Positions 1 through 9,530 are shown, counted from the first letter of the stretch. The stretch: DNA of 64,000 nt from Chloroflexota bacterium (GCA_016191385.1 JACPOT010000011.1:7351-71350); one strand, 5' to 3'. Translations and numbers: made by a program. The notes: a model not told the origin generated them from the sequence alone.

Positions 1-295
1 CCGATGACAAGGACCACGACCGCCTGCGAACGAGGGAGATCCGCCGCCGGTTCGACGACTGGTCGGAGCTGCTGCGCGACGCGGCGGTGGCCGCGCGCGG
101 GGACCTCGTTCGTCCCAGGCGTCCCGAGCGCGCCGCGCAGAGCATGAAGATCGCGGCGGGCGCATCGCCGACCGAGATCCTCGGGATCGCCGCACTGGTC
201 GAGCGCCTGCGACGTGACCTTGCCTACACGGCGAACGCGCGGGCGATGCTCGAGCTCTTCGTCCTGCGCCTTCCGCACGTCGCGGCGGTCGCGGC

Positions 296-1291
296 ATGAG
301 CGCGATGGCAGCGCGGACCGTGGTTGGCGCGCGGATACAGACGGCCGGCCGCCTCTACTTCTTCGAGCCGGGCGAGACGCGCGACCTCGCGCTGAATGAC
401 TGGGTGATCGTCGAGACCGAGATCGGCCTCGATGCCGCGCGCGTGCACATCCTCCCCACCGACTCGCCGCTGGTCCAGGTCGATCCGCCGCTCGGCCGGG
501 TGCTGCGCAAAGCGACCGCGACGGACAAGTTCCTCCTGGCGCGGCACGAGCGCCTCGAGAAGGAAGCCTGGCGCATCGCGCAGGACCTCGTGACCGAGCG
601 CGACCTGCCCATCCGGATCCTGGGCTGCGACCACACCTTCGACGGGTCGGTGCTCACGGTCTTCTACTCCGCAAGCGAGCGGGTCGACCTGGCGCCATTC
701 GCCGCGCAGCTGAGCGAGCGGTTCGGCACGCGCGTGGACCTGCGGAAGATGAACGCGCGCGACGAGACGAAGGTCACCGGCGGCGTGGGCACCTGCGGGC
801 GCGAGCTGTGCTGCGCCTCGTGGCTCGACCGCTTCTCGAACATCTCGATCCGCATGGCCAGGGAGCAGGACCTGCCGCTCAACCTGAGCAAGCTCACCGG
901 CGTGTGCGGCCGGCTCAAGTGCTGCCTCATCTACGAGCTCGAGACGTATCAAGAGGTCAAGGGCAAGCTGCCGAAGGAGGGCGAGACCTTCCACATCCCC
1001 TCCTGCGTCGGCGGCCAGTGCGGGACGAGCGGCTGCGCCCAGGTACAGGGAACGAACGTCGTCAAGGAGGCCGTCGTCGTGACGCTGGCCGACGGCGCGC
1101 GCTCGATGATCACCGCCGAAGAGATGGGCGTGCGGTTCGACCCGGTCCCCGCGCACACCAAGGGCGTGGGCACCTATGGCGCGGACGAAGTGCCGCGCCA
1201 GGAGCGCGCGACGCCCGTCGCGTCCGAGCCGCACTCCGGCGCTCCGCGGCGCAAGCGGCGCCGTGGCCGGCGCGGAGGATCGGGCCGCTAG
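296..1291 (+). CDS. PSP1 C-terminal domain protein (RicT/YaaT-like)
   Basis: Cys-rich PSP1 signature GTCGRELCCASWL ... CGRLKCCLIYE. Arg/Gly-rich C-terminal tail. Stop codon lies inside the first copy of a 98-bp tandem repeat. Confidence 0.8.
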   Translation: MSAMAARTVVGARIQTAGRLYFFEPGETRDLALNDWVIVETEIGLDAARVHILPTDSPLVQVDPPLGRVLRKATATDKFLLARHERLEKEAWRIAQDLVTERDLPIRILGCDHTFDGSVLTVFYSASERVDLAPFAAQLSERFGTRVDLRKMNARDETKVTGGVGTCGRELCCASWLDRFSNISIRMAREQDLPLNLSKLTGVCGRLKCCLIYELETYQEVKGKLPKEGETFHIPSCVGGQCGTSGCAQVQGTNVVKEAVVVTLADGARSMITAEEMGVRFDPVPAHTKGVGTYGADEVPRQERATPVASEPHSGAPRRKRRRGRRGGSGR

Positions 1292-1389
1292 GGCGCCAGG
1301 AGCGCGCGACGCCCGTCGCGTCCGAGCCGCACTCCGGCGCTCCGCGGCGCAAGCGGCGCCGTGGCCGGCGCGGAGGATCGGGCCGCTAG
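1194..1389. repeat. Perfect tandem duplication, 2 x 98 bp, spanning the 3' end and stop codon of the PSP1 gene
   Basis: Unit gcgccaggagcgcgcgacgcccgtcgcgtccgagccgcactccggc...ggaggatcgggccgctagg occurs twice back to back. Second copy starts at about 1292. Because 98 is not divisible by 3, copy 2 is read in another frame (ORF 808..1389). Confidence 0.85.
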
Positions 1390-1416
1390 GGCTTGCCGAT
1401 AACCGTGAAGCCGTTC

Positions 1417-2034
1417 CTAGTAGCCCCGCTCGCGCTCGCGTAGTCGGATCTCGCTTCGGACCACGCCCTTGGGCCAGGGAGGCGCCGACTTCAGTCGGTA
1501 GAACGCCCGCACGCGTCCGGCTTCACGCTTGCGGGTTGTCTCTATCACCCACCCAAGTACGCGCAGTTCTCGAAGCCGCTTCTGCCAGTCCTCTTGATAT
1601 CGGCCAGGGGGACTCGCCACGAGTTGCAGCAGGTCGCCGCGGACCGGTTGGTCTCCGAAGGCCTTAAGGAGTTCGCCGATCCGCATGTGGACGCTTTCGT
1701 GGCCGATGGCCTTGCGGATCTTGTCCGCGTGCTCGTCGTAAGTAGCGAAGTCAGCCTTCTTTCCCCGATTGCATTCCTCGCACAGCGGCTGAAGATTCTC
1801 CGGATCATCGCTTCCGCCCCAGTCCTTCGGAATCTTGTGGTCGACCTGAAGCTTGACTCCGTCGTCAGCAGGAGTGCGGCCGCACATCGCGCACCGACCT
1901 CGCCGAAGCACTGCGGCTCGATCTCGTTCCGAGATCCCCTCGTCGACGCCGACGGCCCGTCCCTTTGAATCCGCGAGCTGGTACCTGGTCTCCTTGCCGA
2001 AACGGATCGTCTCGATGACGAAGTAGCGGTTCAA
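1417..2034 (-). CDS. HNH endonuclease (putative restriction endonuclease of m5C RM system)
   Basis: HNH motif CAMCG...VDHKIPKDWGG...NLQPLCEECNRGK. Sits adjacent to the dcm/vsr genes on the same strand. Confidence 0.75.
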   Translation of the reverse strand: MNRYFVIETIRFGKETRYQLADSKGRAVGVDEGISERDRAAVLRRGRCAMCGRTPADDGVKLQVDHKIPKDWGGSDDPENLQPLCEECNRGKKADFATYDEHADKIRKAIGHESVHMRIGELLKAFGDQPVRGDLLQLVASPPGRYQEDWQKRLRELRVLGWVIETTRKREAGRVRAFYRLKSAPPWPKGVVRSEIRLRERERGY

Positions 2035-2259
2035 CTCGCGTCGTCGACGATCTAGCTGCTCGTGGCCGCCTTCGCTGGAAGTCGCCTGCGGATCTCCGGC
2101 ATCGAGAGCGGAGTGCCACGGCTCTCGTAGAGGAGTCGATAGATCTCTCTCGCCTCGTTGCTTACTGACAAGAGCCGCATCTCTCGGCTATCCGGCTTCG
2201 GAAGGGCCATGGAGTTGGCAAGGGTAGGCGTAAGTGAGTTGGGAAGCGGACGGGATGGG

Positions 2260-3246
2260 CTAGGACGCGGACAGAACTCCTACGGCGTGCGGATCATGGC
2301 TCGTTGCCTCCGTGGCCTCGATCGCGCGGCGAATAGCAAAGGCGACCGCTTGGGCGACCGGCGGTGGGAACGCGTTGCCGACCTGCCGGTACGCCGCTGT
2401 CTTGCCGCCCGTGAAAGTCCACTCAGGCGGAAAGCCCTGGAGCCTCGCAGCCATCTTCACCGTTAGACGCGGCATCCCTTGGTGATCGGGATCAGGTGGC
2501 GTTTCCGCGATCGTCTTGCCGTTGACTCCGAGCTCGGCCCACTGGGCCCGCGCGCGAGTCGGACCCAGATCAGGACCGCCGTGGCGCTTCGAGCCGCCGA
2601 CCAGGGTCGGAGCAATTCGCTTCGCGCGTGAGGCCCACTCAACCGCGCCACTCCACCCGCGTGATCCCATCTCGTCGAGAAGGGCCTCGCCGACGGTGAG
2701 CGGCGAGTCGGCCAGTGGGCTCGGCCAGCTGAAATGCTCAAAGTCTTCCGGCCGAAGTCCGACGCAAACCGCACGAGGTCTCAGCTGAGGAACTCCGAAG
2801 TCACGCGCGTTGAGGAGGCGCCACTCCGGTACGTAGCCCATCGCAGACAATCGCTCGTCGATCCATGCCCGATAGTCGGCGAACTTGGCTTCCAGAAGAC
2901 CGCGAACGTTCTCGAGAAGGACCGCACGGGGTCTGCTCTCACCAATGATCCTCAAGGCGTGCGGGAACAGGTCGCGGTCATCGTCTCTCCCGAGGCGCAG
3001 GCCCGCCATTGAGAACGGCGGGCACGGAACGCCTCCAGATAGCAGATCGACTCCCTCAAAAGCGGATGCCTCGAAGTTCCGGACATCGGTCTCGATCACA
3101 TTCCAGTCAGGGTGGTTCATGCGCAAGGTGCGGCATGCGTCCGAATCGACTTCGACCAGCCCGACGTGATGGAAACCAGCCTGCTCGGTTCCCACCGCGG
3201 TACCGCCCCCGCCGGCGCAAATCTCGAGCGACGTGAGCCACTTCAT
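2260..3246 (-). CDS. dcm: DNA (cytosine-5)-methyltransferase
   Basis: Motif I LEICAGGGG, motif IV GGVPCPPFS (PC catalytic Cys), motif VI ENVRGLL. Confidence 0.9.
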   Translation of the reverse strand: MKWLTSLEICAGGGGTAVGTEQAGFHHVGLVEVDSDACRTLRMNHPDWNVIETDVRNFEASAFEGVDLLSGGVPCPPFSMAGLRLGRDDDRDLFPHALRIIGESRPRAVLLENVRGLLEAKFADYRAWIDERLSAMGYVPEWRLLNARDFGVPQLRPRAVCVGLRPEDFEHFSWPSPLADSPLTVGEALLDEMGSRGWSGAVEWASRAKRIAPTLVGGSKRHGGPDLGPTRARAQWAELGVNGKTIAETPPDPDHQGMPRLTVKMAARLQGFPPEWTFTGGKTAAYRQVGNAFPPPVAQAVAFAIRRAIEATEATSHDPHAVGVLSAS

Positions 3247-3647
3247 GGGGCGTTAGTCCTCGACCCTGTCTTGCGAAGCGCAACCGCGTCGACCACCCGC
3301 CGCGCGACGTCATCTGGACTCTCTTCAACGGCGAAGTCCCAGACCCGGAGCACTCGCCAGCCTGCGGCGCGATATGCCAGCGTGGTCGACCGGTCACGAC
3401 GACGGTTCCTCGCGATCTTCTTGTCCCAGTAGGAACCCGACTTCCCGGGAGTGAAGAACTTCGGGTGACCGTGCCAGAAGGCACCATCGACGAAGACCGC
3501 GACCTTCCAGCGTGTGAAGGCGACATCGGGCGAGCTCGCATTCGGGATGAAGCGGCGGTTCTTGCGCCAGCCGCGGAGGCCATAGCGGCCGAGCGTTTCG
3601 CGTAGGAGCCGTTCTGGCCCCGTCTCGACAGAACGAATGCGCGACAT
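3243..3647 (-). CDS. vsr: Very short patch repair endonuclease Vsr
   Basis: SRNMSRIRSVETGPE...FVDGAFWHGH...YWDKKIARNRRRD...GWRVLRVWD matches the Vsr family. Stop overlaps the dcm start (ATGA). The ORF track extends it to 3953 in an Arg-rich leader, which I consider non-coding. Start at M103 chosen by alignment to E. coli Vsr. Confidence 0.8.
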   Translation of the reverse strand: MSRIRSVETGPERLLRETLGRYGLRGWRKNRRFIPNASSPDVAFTRWKVAVFVDGAFWHGHPKFFTPGKSGSYWDKKIARNRRRDRSTTLAYRAAGWRVLRVWDFAVEESPDDVARRVVDAVALRKTGSRTNAP

Positions 3648-3718
3648 CACGACGCTACGCGTCGCCACGCTCAGATGATCGATGCCCCAGCCATCCTTCC
3701 CAGCGACCGCGTCAGACA

Positions 3719-4096
3719 TCAGGACGCCCGCCTGCGAGGTTGAGATGGGCGGACGCTGCGCTCTCGGAGCAACAGCACAAGTCGGCGGACGAGTTGAGCC
3801 GCAGAAGAATCGATCGCCCCAAGCGGCAGAGGCTGCTGTTCCATGGTGATCTTCGAACCCAGTCCCCGAAGAAGCCGCGTCGGCGGGGCTCCGCACGCTT
3901 CGGAGAAGCGGACGAATTGCACGACGTCCGGGATCCGCGAGCCCGCTTCCCATCGAGAGATATCTGACTGAGTCACCGTCTTCATGAGGCGAGCCAAGTG
4001 CGACTGACTCCGCTCCCCATAGACCGAGACCCGCGCCTGCCGCAACCGACGACCGATCTCGCGGGCGAGGAGTGCGTCATCCATGCTTCGAGGCAT
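3719..4096 (-). CDS. XRE-family helix-turn-helix regulator (possible RM controller protein)
   Basis: HTH segment SQSHLARLMKTVTQSDISRWEAG. First gene of the vsr-dcm string. Preceded by the only AT-richer intergenic stretch (4097-4320). True C-terminus uncertain. Confidence 0.5.
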   Translation of the reverse strand: MPRSMDDALLAREIGRRLRQARVSVYGERSQSHLARLMKTVTQSDISRWEAGSRIPDVVQFVRFSEACGAPPTRLLRGLGSKITMEQQPLPLGAIDSSAAQLVRRLVLLLRERSVRPSQPRRRAS

Positions 4097-4329
4097 AGTT
4101 TTTCACTCCACCGCGCATACATCAATCCCTGTGTCGCTCCACGAGTTGGTTCCATAAGTAGAAGGGTCGCTTGGCTGGCAATCGGACAGAAGGGCTAAAT
4201 GCGGATAACTGGACTCGCGTCGAGCCGACTGTGGACCGAAGTGCGCGCTTGGGCGCTAGATCGATGCGGCGATCACCGAGCCTGTGGACGGGGTGTCGAG
4301 AGCCGTGGAGAAGTCGGCGCGCAAGGGAT

Positions 4330-5115
4330 CTAGCGCTCGCGCGCGACGACGAACTCGGCGATCGCGGCGAGCGCGTCGCGCTCGGGTCGCGCGGGGAGAC
4401 GGTCCAGCGCCGCGAGCGCGGCATCGTGGAAGCCGGCGGCGCGGGTGCGGGCCCGCGCCACGCCGCCCGACGATCGGATGGTCCGCAGGAGGTCGCGAAG
4501 CTCGGCCGACGCGCCGAGGGCCGCGACGTGCCCGGGCTCGGCGTCGGCCAGGAGCGCGGCGCCCTGACAGCAAGCCGCGTAGAGGGACGCGGTCTTGAGC
4601 TCGATGCGCTCGAGGTACTCGGCCTCGGTCGGGATGCGCGCCGGGGCCGCGACCTCCGCGAGCTCGCCATCGCAGAGCGCGAAGACGGTCTGCGCCACCA
4701 TCGCGATGACCTCGGGCTTGGGCAGCACGGCCGCGAGCGCGTAGGCCTTCGCGAACAGGTAGTCGCCCACGATGAGGGCCACGTCATCTGTCCACACCGC
4801 GTTCACGGTCGGCACGTTCCGGCGCACGTCGGCCTCATCGACGATGTCGTCATGCACCAGCGACGCGGTGTGGACGAGCTCGAGCGACTCGGCGAGGTCC
4901 ACGATCATCGACGCGCCGCTCGCCGGGCCGAAGCGCGCCGAGAGGAAGACCAGGGTGGGGCGGAGCAGCTTCCCCGGCGAGCCGAAGAGATGGGTGGCAG
5001 CCGCGGCGAAGGTCGGATGCGCGCCGCGGCCCACGCCCAGAAGGCGACGCCGAAGGTGGTCGAGCTCCGGCTCGACGAGCGAGTAGAACCCCGCGCCGGT
5101 GGCCGGTGCGCGCAC
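4330..5115 (-). CDS. Polyprenyl diphosphate synthase-like protein (trans-IPPS fold, degenerate second Asp-rich motif)
   Basis: FARM LVHDDIVDEAD followed by RRNVPTVNAVW...GDYLFAKAY, then GELAEV and YLERIELKTASLY motifs. The SARM position reads ELRDLLRT instead of DDxxD. GTG start inferred at about 5115. The ORF-track N-terminal extension (to 5487) is Arg/Pro low complexity. Confidence 0.55.
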   Translation of the reverse strand: MRAPATGAGFYSLVEPELDHLRRRLLGVGRGAHPTFAAAATHLFGSPGKLLRPTLVFLSARFGPASGASMIVDLAESLELVHTASLVHDDIVDEADVRRNVPTVNAVWTDDVALIVGDYLFAKAYALAAVLPKPEVIAMVAQTVFALCDGELAEVAAPARIPTEAEYLERIELKTASLYAACCQGAALLADAEPGHVAALGASAELRDLLRTIRSSGGVARARTRAAGFHDAALAALDRLPARPERDALAAIAEFVVARER

Positions 5116-5146
5116 CGGCTGAGTGTGATCGGAGGCCAGTGCGGTA

Positions 5147-7570
5147 CTAGGGTTTCTTCGTGGGCGGCGGCGCCTTGGTCGGCGCCGGCGTCGGCGGCAG
5201 GGTCGCGGGCGGCGGGGTCGTCTGCGCCGGGGGCGGAGGAGTGCCGCGCCCGGAGGGCGCCGATGCGGAGGCACCCGGCGACGCGCTCGGCGATCCGCTC
5301 GGCGCGGCCGCGATCCCGCAGAAGGGGCCGCTGAACCGGCCCGCGGAGTACTTGCTGGCGCCGGCCGCCCAGGTGTTCGCGTACCCCTGCCAGTCGGCGA
5401 AGTGCGCCGTGAGCTTGTAGCAGCCGCCGGCCAGGTAGACGTCGCTGTCGTTCGTCCGCGGCTCCGTCCCCTTGACGAAGATCTCATTGCGGCGGAAGCC
5501 CGCGGGGCAGTTGGGACCGGGGAGCTTCCCCGACCCGTTGCCGCCGCGGAGCGCGGGATTCACGCAGACCGTGACGTTGACCACGTTGTCGGGCTTCTCG
5601 TACCAGACCACGGGCAGGCCACCCACGACCTTGGTCATGTAGTCCTTCCAGAGGACGCCGGGGCCCATCGCCGAGGTGATGCCGTACATGATGTCGTTGT
5701 CGGCGTTGCCCATCCAGATCCCCGTGAGCCGCTGGGGCGTGAAGCCGATGGCCCACACGTCCTGCAGGTTGTCCGTGGTCCCGGTCTTGAGGCCGGCGGG
5801 CCGGCCGATGCTCGTCCAGGGGCCGAAGAGCCACGACCCGTTCGGGTCGGTGTTGTCCTTGAGGATGTCCGCGAACACGTAGGCCGTGCCGGCGTCGAGG
5901 ACCCGGCGCCCCTCGGGCTGGCCGTAGTCCTTGATCACCTTGCCCTCGCTATCGAGGATGCGGTTGATGAAGGTGGGCTCCGCGCGTACGCCCATGTTCG
6001 CGACGACCTGGTACGCGCTGACCATGTCGATGAGGCGCAGCTCGCCCGCGCCGATCGCGAACGAGAGGCCGTACCGCGAGCGGTCGCCCCAGTCGCGCCG
6101 GATGCCCAGCTGCGCGACCGTGTCCATCATCGCGTCCACGCCGACCATCCGCCCGACGGAGATGGCGGGCAGGTTCACCGACTCGCGGATCGCCTGGCGC
6201 AGCGAGATGGGTCCGTTCTGCGGCGACCAGCCGTTCGTCGGCGCGTTCTTCGGGCACCACTTCGCCGTGCTGCCGTCGCCCATGCAGAACTCGATGTCGT
6301 TGAGGATCGACGCTGCGGTCAGCCCGGCCTTCTGCATCCCCGTGAGGTAGGTGAAGATCTTGAACGTGGATCCCGGCTGCCGGTAGGCGATGCCGGCGGA
6401 GTCGTAGTCGCCGCGGACCTTGGGCGAGTTGTTGTAGTAGTCGACGCTGCCGACGTAGGCGAGGATCTCGCCCGTGGTCGGCTCCATCGTGATCATCGAG
6501 GCGTTGTTCACGTTCGCGCCCTTCAGCGACGCGACGTGGTCCTTCACTTCCTTCTCCGCGAGCTGCTGCATGTTCCAGTCGAGGGACGAGTACACCTTGT
6601 AGCCGCCGCGGTAGGCGGCGCGCTCGCCGAACAGCGCCGCCAGCTGCTCGCGAACGCGGAAGACGAAGTGCGGCGCGTCGATGACGGTGGTGACCTGCTT
6701 CACCTTGATGGGCTCGTCCTTCGCCTGCTCAGACTCGGCGCTCGTGATGAAGCCCGCGTCCTTCATCGCATCGAGGACCGCGGCGCGGCGGCCCTTGGCG
6801 GAAGCGGGGTTTTGGACGGGGTCGTACTCCGACGGCAGCTGCGGTAGCCCCGCGAGCAGCGCCATCTGGCCGAGGGTCAGCTGCTGGAGGTCACCGACCG
6901 CGAAGTACGTCGCGGCCGCGGCCTTGATCCCGTAAGCCTGGTTCCCGTAATAGATCTGATTGAAGTACATCTCGAGGATCTTCTTCTTGTCGTAGGTCCG
7001 TGCGACCTCGATGGCCAGGATGGCTTCCTTGATCTTGCGCGTGAACGTGGGCTCGTCGCCGAGAAGGCGCGTCTTGATGAGCTGCTGCGTGATGGTCGAC
7101 CCACCCTGGCTGATGCCGCCGCTCTGCAGGTTCGCCTGCGCGGCGCGCACGATCCCTCCGACGTCGATGCCGGGGTTGGTCCAGAAGGTCTTGTCCTCGA
7201 TGGCGATGGTGGCCTGCTGCATCTTCTCGGGGACCTGGTCGAGGGTGATGAGCTCGCGGCGCTCGTCCTCGAGGCGATACAGAAGGTGCTCGCCGCTGCG
7301 GTCGTAGATCAGGGTCGAGAGCGGGATGGCCGCTGTCTCGAGGTCGCGCACCTCGGGAAGGTCAGAGGTGAAGAAGGTGATGACGCTCGCGGCCGCGGTG
7401 CCCGCGAAAAGGGCGGCGACGGCCAGGATGATCCCGAAGGCGCCGGCGAGGGAGCCGACGCTGGCCACGGCTCCGCCCGGCCGCCTCGAGAGGCGGCCGT
7501 CGTGGTGTGCGAAGCGGTACGCGCGGTACCGGCCCGGCGTGACGCCGCGCCCGTTCTGACCCATATCCAT
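5147..7570 (-). CDS. Class A penicillin-binding protein (transglycosylase/transpeptidase)
   Basis: N-terminal TM helix. GT51 motifs EDKTFWTNPGID, RQPGSTFK. Transpeptidase SxxK/SxN-like region. Pro/Thr-rich C-terminal tail. Confidence 0.9.
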   Translation of the reverse strand: MDMGQNGRGVTPGRYRAYRFAHHDGRLSRRPGGAVASVGSLAGAFGIILAVAALFAGTAAASVITFFTSDLPEVRDLETAAIPLSTLIYDRSGEHLLYRLEDERRELITLDQVPEKMQQATIAIEDKTFWTNPGIDVGGIVRAAQANLQSGGISQGGSTITQQLIKTRLLGDEPTFTRKIKEAILAIEVARTYDKKKILEMYFNQIYYGNQAYGIKAAAATYFAVGDLQQLTLGQMALLAGLPQLPSEYDPVQNPASAKGRRAAVLDAMKDAGFITSAESEQAKDEPIKVKQVTTVIDAPHFVFRVREQLAALFGERAAYRGGYKVYSSLDWNMQQLAEKEVKDHVASLKGANVNNASMITMEPTTGEILAYVGSVDYYNNSPKVRGDYDSAGIAYRQPGSTFKIFTYLTGMQKAGLTAASILNDIEFCMGDGSTAKWCPKNAPTNGWSPQNGPISLRQAIRESVNLPAISVGRMVGVDAMMDTVAQLGIRRDWGDRSRYGLSFAIGAGELRLIDMVSAYQVVANMGVRAEPTFINRILDSEGKVIKDYGQPEGRRVLDAGTAYVFADILKDNTDPNGSWLFGPWTSIGRPAGLKTGTTDNLQDVWAIGFTPQRLTGIWMGNADNDIMYGITSAMGPGVLWKDYMTKVVGGLPVVWYEKPDNVVNVTVCVNPALRGGNGSGKLPGPNCPAGFRRNEIFVKGTEPRTNDSDVYLAGGCYKLTAHFADWQGYANTWAAGASKYSAGRFSGPFCGIAAAPSGSPSASPGASASAPSGRGTPPPPAQTTPPPATLPPTPAPTKAPPPTKKP

Positions 7571-7609
7571 CTAACGAGGGATGCACGGCGGATGCCAGGG
7601 GGCGCCGCC

Positions 7610-8092
7610 TCAGGTGGCTGAGCGGCGCACAGCCAAGCGCTCGCGGAGCCAGCGCCACCGGGTGGCCCGCCGCGGGACGGTCGACGCGCGCAGGGAGCGC
7701 TGCGCTTCGCGCGCATCGCCTTCCCACTCGTTGACGAGGGCGCGGTCGGCGTCGCTGATGCTCCCTGCTGGGCCCCGGCGCTCCATGGCCGACTCCATCG
7801 CCGGGATGCGTCCGTAGAGGTCGGCGAGGAAGGGGAAGGCCGCGGGCGCCTCCCGCGCGAGGACCTCACGCCACGCCTCGAACTGCCCGAGCTCCATCAC
7901 GAAGGCCTGCTTGGTCTGATCGAACATCGTCGTGAGCTCGAGATCCGCCGCGAGCTCGCGGTCCACGGCCGCGACGGCCCGCTCGAGAGCCGCTTGCGCC
8001 TCAGGGGAGCGCCGCTCGACCACGGGGGCACGGAGCCACAGCGCCGCCGCGACGGTGCTGGCCACGACGACGGCGGCGATCAGCGGCTCCAT
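7610..8092 (-). CDS. Hypothetical membrane-anchored protein
   Basis: N-terminal hydrophobic helix and non-low-complexity composition. Same strand and upstream of the PBP gene. No recognised motif. Confidence 0.4.
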   Translation of the reverse strand: MEPLIAAVVVASTVAAALWLRAPVVERRSPEAQAALERAVAAVDRELAADLELTTMFDQTKQAFVMELGQFEAWREVLAREAPAAFPFLADLYGRIPAMESAMERRGPAGSISDADRALVNEWEGDAREAQRSLRASTVPRRATRWRWLRERLAVRRSAT

Positions 8093-8139
8093 CCGATCCG
8101 ACGCTAACGCCGCCGCTTGTACTCATTTGGTGTATACAA

Positions 8140-9318
8140 ATGACGCACGTGCTGCATGGCCCGCACTTCCCCGTCGGCGGCCCCGTCCCTGCCGAGGACC
8201 TCGTCGGCCGCGAGGGCTACATGCGAGAGACGGCGGCCCGCCTGCTCGACGGCGAGCATCTGCTGATCGCCGGTCCGCGCCGCATCGGCAAGACGTCGGT
8301 GATCCTCGAGGTGCTGCGGCGGCTCAGGAGGCGCGGCGCGCTCACCGCCTACGTCGACTGTCTCGGGGCGACGGACGTGCGCGGGTTGGGCGAGCGTCTT
8401 GCGGCATCGCTCCTGGCGTCGCTCGAGGGCCGCGATGGCGGGCTCGAAGACGCGCGCGGGATCGCCGCCGGCCAGCGCGCGAAGGGTCGCATCCGCTTCG
8501 AGCATCTCGAGCTCGTGCTCCCGGTGGTCAAGGCGGGTCCGGCCGGCCGGTCCTTCGAGGGCGCCCTCGACCTGCCCCGCGCGCTCGCGGCGCGCACGGG
8601 CAAGCGCGTCGTGGTCGCGCTCGATGAGTTCCAGGCCGCGGGCCGCGCCGGCCCCCGGGTGTTCGACGTGATGCGGTCGCGCTTCCAAGCGCAGCGCGGG
8701 GTCGCCTTCGCGTTCCTCGGGTCCGAGGAGGGCGTCCTGGAGGAGCTCTTCGGGCACAAAGGGCGCGCGCTCTACCGGTTCGCGGTCGCGCACGACATGG
8801 CGGAAGCGGGCGGTCACCGCTTCGGCATCGACCCCGCCGACTGGCTCGCCTACCTCAAGCGCAAGTTCGCGCAGAAGCGGATGGCGATCGAGGAGAGCGA
8901 GGTCGACCGGATCCTCGACGCCACCGGCGGCCACCCCCAGGACACGATGCAGGTGTGCGCGGCCCTCTACCACTTCATGCGCGACGGCTCCCTCCGCGCC
9001 GTCACGGCCGATCTTGTCGGTGTCGCGTTCGAGGTCGCGCTCCGCGAGCTCGAGCGCCCCTTCGCGATGCACTGGACGGATCTCGGAGAGCAGAAGTGGC
9101 TGCAGCCGGTCGCCAAGCGGATCGCGGCGGGTGACGCGCTCTATGCCGCGCGCGCGGAGGGCGACGTTCCCCGAGCCGAGGTCCTGCGAGCGGTCACAGC
9201 GCTGCAGGCGCGCGGCCTCGTGACGCGCATCTCGCGCGGGCGCTACGAGTTCCTGGAGCCGATGTTCGCCGAGCACGTGCGGCGGCTCGACAGCCCCGCG
9301 GGTATCGTCCGGCCGTGA
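8140..9318 (+). CDS. AAA+ ATPase (archaeal-type ATPase / DUF234 family)
   Basis: Walker A GPRRIGKTS, Walker B VVALDEF. Overall architecture of ATP-binding 'Arch_ATPase' proteins. Confidence 0.7.
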   Translation: MTHVLHGPHFPVGGPVPAEDLVGREGYMRETAARLLDGEHLLIAGPRRIGKTSVILEVLRRLRRRGALTAYVDCLGATDVRGLGERLAASLLASLEGRDGGLEDARGIAAGQRAKGRIRFEHLELVLPVVKAGPAGRSFEGALDLPRALAARTGKRVVVALDEFQAAGRAGPRVFDVMRSRFQAQRGVAFAFLGSEEGVLEELFGHKGRALYRFAVAHDMAEAGGHRFGIDPADWLAYLKRKFAQKRMAIEESEVDRILDATGGHPQDTMQVCAALYHFMRDGSLRAVTADLVGVAFEVALRELERPFAMHWTDLGEQKWLQPVAKRIAAGDALYAARAEGDVPRAEVLRAVTALQARGLVTRISRGRYEFLEPMFAEHVRRLDSPAGIVRP

Positions 9319-9509
9319 TGCACGAGCGCCCCGCGCGGCTCGATCTCCGGCCGGGCGCGCGCGTGCGGTGGCAGCCCGCGCACGCTCCGGCGGAGCTCGA
9401 GGGCAAGCTGATCCGGCCCTCCCCGACGGACGAGGAGTGGCTCGTGGAGCACCGGCTCGGCCGCTCCTGGATCCACGTCACGCGGCTGATGCCCGCGGCG
9501 GAGAGATAG
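9318..9509 (+). CDS. Small hypothetical protein, translationally coupled to the ATPase gene
   Basis: ATG overlaps the TGA of the ATPase gene (TGATG). 63 aa with no motif. Could be spurious. Confidence 0.25.
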   Translation: MHERPARLDLRPGARVRWQPAHAPAELEGKLIRPSPTDEEWLVEHRLGRSWIHVTRLMPAAER

Positions 9510-9530
9510 GTCGGAGTCCGGTCCGCGCTG

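Noticed and set aside
224-1234. 336-aa minus-strand ORF antisense to the PSP1 gene. Similar long antisense/alternate-frame ORFs throughout the window include 5402..6847 +, 8104..9276 -, 10442..11476 +, 11913..13301 -, 13766..14659 -, 14940..16313 -, 16262..17572 -, 17782..19164 -, 21024..22694 +, 23136..24389 +, 24956..26473 -, 27731..28933 -, 42072..43478 -, 42230..44107 +, 43538..44596 -, 45723..46442 -, 46911..47987 +, 48186..49337 -, 49742..51244 +.
   Set aside because: Arg/Ala/Gly/Pro-dominated low-complexity translations with no motifs. All are shadows of confidently identified genes on the other strand or frame, as expected at >70% GC.
808-1389. 193-aa + ORF ending with the same QERATPVASEPHSGAPRRKRRRGRRGGSGR tail as the PSP1 protein.
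   Set aside because: It exists only because the second copy of the 98-bp tandem repeat is in a different frame. It is not an independent gene.
3648-3953. N-terminal 100-aa extension of the Vsr ORF.
   Set aside because: Vsr homology begins at SRNMSRIRS (about 3647). The extension is Arg/Ala-rich and overlaps the XRE regulator gene in another frame.
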